DNA from: Candidatus Thermochlorobacter sp.
GTDB taxonomy: Bacteria > Bacteroidota > Chlorobiia > Chlorobiales > Thermochlorobacteraceae
Reading direction: 5' to 3'
Assembly: GCA_046291735.1 (NCBI GenBank)
Contig: JBKBSK010000008.1
Coordinates: 32,313-96,312 of the forward strand
DNA length: 64,000 bases
Under the pieces are notes generated by a model. It saw only the letters and a list, made by a program, of their open reading frames with translations. It was not told where the DNA came from and made no database searches. Positions 61,925 to 64,000 of the stretch are shown here, one piece after another (position 1 is the first letter of the stretch; each line of letters opens with the position of its first letter). The position numbers were made by a program, and so were the translations under genes.

Positions 61925-62755
61925 ATGAATTTCAAAACAAAAACTTCATTTTTTCTTATGCTATCTTTTTGCCGGCGCACCGCTCTTGCAGCGCAACTTT
62001 CTGCGCTTGCTCTGCTGCTTGCTACCACCATGCTGTGGAGTTGCCACAAAGTGTCTTCTGCCGAGCGCCCCACACTTACACCGATTGCCAACCGTGATTC
62101 TACCCAACACGAGCGCTATCAATACGCACCATTTCCTAGCGCCGACGGCATCGGCAAAATTTACATGGGCAGAGAAATCGCAAAAGTGATGGGACACCTC
62201 GGCGCCATGTGGCTCGAGCGTCCTGAACGCTTTGTCGAAGAGCGTCCCGACCTTGTGCTTGAAGCCATGCAACTTAAACCTACTGATGTCGTGGCTGACA
62301 TTGGCGCAGGTACAGGCTATTTCACGTTTCGCCTTGCCGAGCGCGTTCGCCAAGGCAAAGTCTATGCGGTCGATATTCAGCCCGAGATGCTTGAGATTAT
62401 CAAAGCACGCATGCAAGCGCGCCATGTGCAAAATGTTATTCCTACGCTTGGCTCTCCACAAAATCCAAACCTGCCTGAAAACGCCATTGATATCGTGCTG
62501 CTCGTCGATGCGTATCACGAGTTTGAATATCCCTTTGAGATGATGCAAGCTCTTGTGCGCTCGCTTAAAGTTGGTGGCAGAGTCATTCAAATTGAATATC
62601 GCGCTGAAGATGACGCTGTGCCTATCAAGCCCCTGCATAAGATGAGCGAAGCACAAGCCAAAAAAGAGATGCATGCAGTTGGCTTAAAATGGCTTGCCAC
62701 TCAAAGCAGCTTGCCATGGCAACACATCTTTATTTTTGAAAAGCCCGCACCGTAA
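61925..62755 (+). CDS. class I SAM-dependent methyltransferase with an N-terminal signal/anchor and lipobox-like motif
   Basis: SAM motif I is VVADIGAGTGYFTFRL, followed by post-I YAVDIQ and IVLLVDAYHEF. The N-terminus is MNFKTKTSFFLMLSFCRR..LSALALLLATTMLWSC. I placed the start at ATG 61925. Confidence 0.7.
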   Translation: MNFKTKTSFFLMLSFCRRTALAAQLSALALLLATTMLWSCHKVSSAERPTLTPIANRDSTQHERYQYAPFPSADGIGKIYMGREIAKVMGHLGAMWLERPERFVEERPDLVLEAMQLKPTDVVADIGAGTGYFTFRLAERVRQGKVYAVDIQPEMLEIIKARMQARHVQNVIPTLGSPQNPNLPENAIDIVLLVDAYHEFEYPFEMMQALVRSLKVGGRVIQIEYRAEDDAVPIKPLHKMSEAQAKKEMHAVGLKWLATQSSLPWQHIFIFEKPAP

Positions 62756-62938
62756 TGCGCTTACTGCAAAGTGCAAGTTCGAATTGCTTAGCGTCAAGAG
62801 CCCGAACACTTCACGCTGTGCAAGATTGATGAGATTGTAACCGCATTGGCTCCAAAAAATTATGTATTTTCACGCCGCACATTTGCGCGTATGGCTCTCT
62901 GTCTTGCGCAAAAATTCAATCATCATTTTCCAATAACT

Positions 62939-63682
62939 ATGAATTTTGCAGTCTGTCTTAACCAAGTTCCTGACACCTCTACTCGCGTTAAAATTGCGCC
63001 TGATGGGCAGCACATTGAGCAGGCGGGCGTCAATTTCGTCATCAATCCTTACGATGAATTTGCGCTAGAAGAAGCGCTCAAATTGCGCGAGAAATTTGGC
63101 GGCAGTGTCGTGCTCTTTAGTGTGGGCGGCGAAGAGTTTCAAGCAAACATCCGTAAAGCCTTTGCGATGGGTGCCGACAAAGCCGTGCTCATCAAATCCA
63201 ATGTCAAAGATTCTTTTGGCGTGGCGTTTGTTTTAGCACAAGCTATCAAGCAACATTTTGGCGGTGTACCCGATATGATATTGCTTGGCAAAGAATCCAC
63301 AGATTTCAATGATGCGCAAGTCGGACCTATGATTGCTGAACTTTTGGAGTTACCTGCCGTAACAGTGGCAGTCTCACTGCAAACTGATGGCAAGGTTGCC
63401 ACAATTGAGCGTGAAATTGAGGGCGGTAAAGAAATTGTTGAAGTCTCCTTACCCTTTGTGCTTACGGCGCAAAAAGGCTTGAACATTCCGCGTGTGGCTA
63501 ATATGAAAGGTATTATGGAGGCTAAGAAAAAACCGATTGAGACGCTGGAGATTGCTACCCCTGAAGCATCTAAAGTGCGGCTCATTCGCCTTGAGAAACC
63601 TGTCGAAAAGCAAGCCGGGAAAATTCTAGATTCAGTAGCAGAACTTGTTGCTAAACTTCATCGTGAAGCCAATGTGGTATAG
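62939..63682 (+). CDS. etfB: electron transfer flavoprotein beta subunit
   Basis: Motifs are MNFAVCLNQVPDTSTRVKI, INPYDEFALEEALKLRE and ILLGKESTDFNDAQVGPMIAELLELP. I placed the start at ATG 62939. Confidence 0.9.
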   Translation: MNFAVCLNQVPDTSTRVKIAPDGQHIEQAGVNFVINPYDEFALEEALKLREKFGGSVVLFSVGGEEFQANIRKAFAMGADKAVLIKSNVKDSFGVAFVLAQAIKQHFGGVPDMILLGKESTDFNDAQVGPMIAELLELPAVTVAVSLQTDGKVATIEREIEGGKEIVEVSLPFVLTAQKGLNIPRVANMKGIMEAKKKPIETLEIATPEASKVRLIRLEKPVEKQAGKILDSVAELVAKLHREANVV

Positions 63683-63737
63683 CGATACTGTGCCAGCTGG
63701 TCTTTCTGTTTCAAACTTAACCTAAACATTTTTGAGT

Positions 63738-64000
63738 ATGTCTAAAGCTATTGTCTTTATTGAGCAGCGAGGTAATGTCATCAAGCGTGCTTCGCTCGAG
63801 GTTTTAAGCAAAGCCAGCGAACTTGCTCAAGAAGTTTATGCCGTTGCCATTGGCAGCGACTTGAAAAGTGCTGTTCAAGATTTGGGCAAGTATGGAGCCT
63901 CAAAGGTTTTTCTCTTCGAGCACCCATCGCTTCTAAATTATTCAGCATTGGCGTATTCCAAATTGGTGGCGCGCGTTACCAAAGAAGAATCTGCCTCGCT
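63738..64000 (+). CDS. etfA: electron transfer flavoprotein alpha subunit (3'-truncated by the window edge)
   Basis: The sequence MSKAIVFIEQRGNVIKRASLEVLSKASELAQEVYAVAIGSD...GASKVFLFEH lies directly after etfB. Only the first 87 codons are present. Confidence 0.8.
   Translation, partial: MSKAIVFIEQRGNVIKRASLEVLSKASELAQEVYAVAIGSDLKSAVQDLGKYGASKVFLFEHPSLLNYSALAYSKLVARVTKEESAS

Noticed and set aside
61961-62674. A long (237 aa) minus-strand ORF lies antisense to the methyltransferase gene. Similar long shadow ORFs occur at 46359-47063 (234 aa), 44853-45464 (203 aa), 44926-45513 (195 aa), 28199-28804 (201 aa), 21149-21748 (199 aa) and elsewhere.
   Set aside because: All lie entirely inside, or in an alternative frame of, genes with strong motif support. 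Their products are Arg/Cys/Ser-rich low-complexity sequences with no recognisable motifs. This is typical of shadow ORFs in mid-GC DNA.

Overview
This is a 64-kb chromosomal window at roughly 48-50% GC by eye, densely packed with about 50 protein genes on both strands. It also carries 2 tRNAs (Leu-GAG, Lys-UUU) and a few rho-independent terminators. I found no transposase, integrase, prophage gene, CRISPR array or recognisable defence operon, so it reads as core genome rather than an accessory island. Several features point to a Bacteroidota/Chlorobiota-group (FCB) bacterium with an aerobic lifestyle; this is inference, not a database hit. They are two proteins with Por/T9SS C-terminal sorting tails, a SusC/SusD pair, a short-type Psd, SCO1+DUF420, KatG, NDH-2 and EtfAB. 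Housekeeping genes recognised from motifs are hisB, rpmG, dut, mgsA, serS, katG, ggt, psd, tilS, ndh, miaB, ruvX, scpB, rluB, etfB and etfA. No convincing novel multi-gene system is visible. The items most worth a second look are listed here.
1. An 806-aa Mg-chelatase H (BchH/ChlH)-like protein that lacks the whole C-terminal third to 40%, followed by an untracked 54-aa membrane ORF.
2. A Zn-ribbon AAA+ ATPase whose stop overlaps the start of a solitary hisB.
3. A tripeptidyl-peptidase-II-like S8 protease.
4. A 1530-aa S8/FG-GAP/Fn3 T9SS-sorted protein lying between NamZ-like and PBP4-like genes.
5. A string of a non-catalytic M16 homolog, MoxR and a sensor kinase without the usual DUF58/VWA partners, with an orphan HscA-like Hsp70 downstream.
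6. An untracked 35-aa Lys/Arg-rich ORF that resembles a very small ribosomal protein.
Start codons were re-picked by hand where the ORF track began at an upstream alternative start. All family assignments rest on motif recognition and were not checked by any search.
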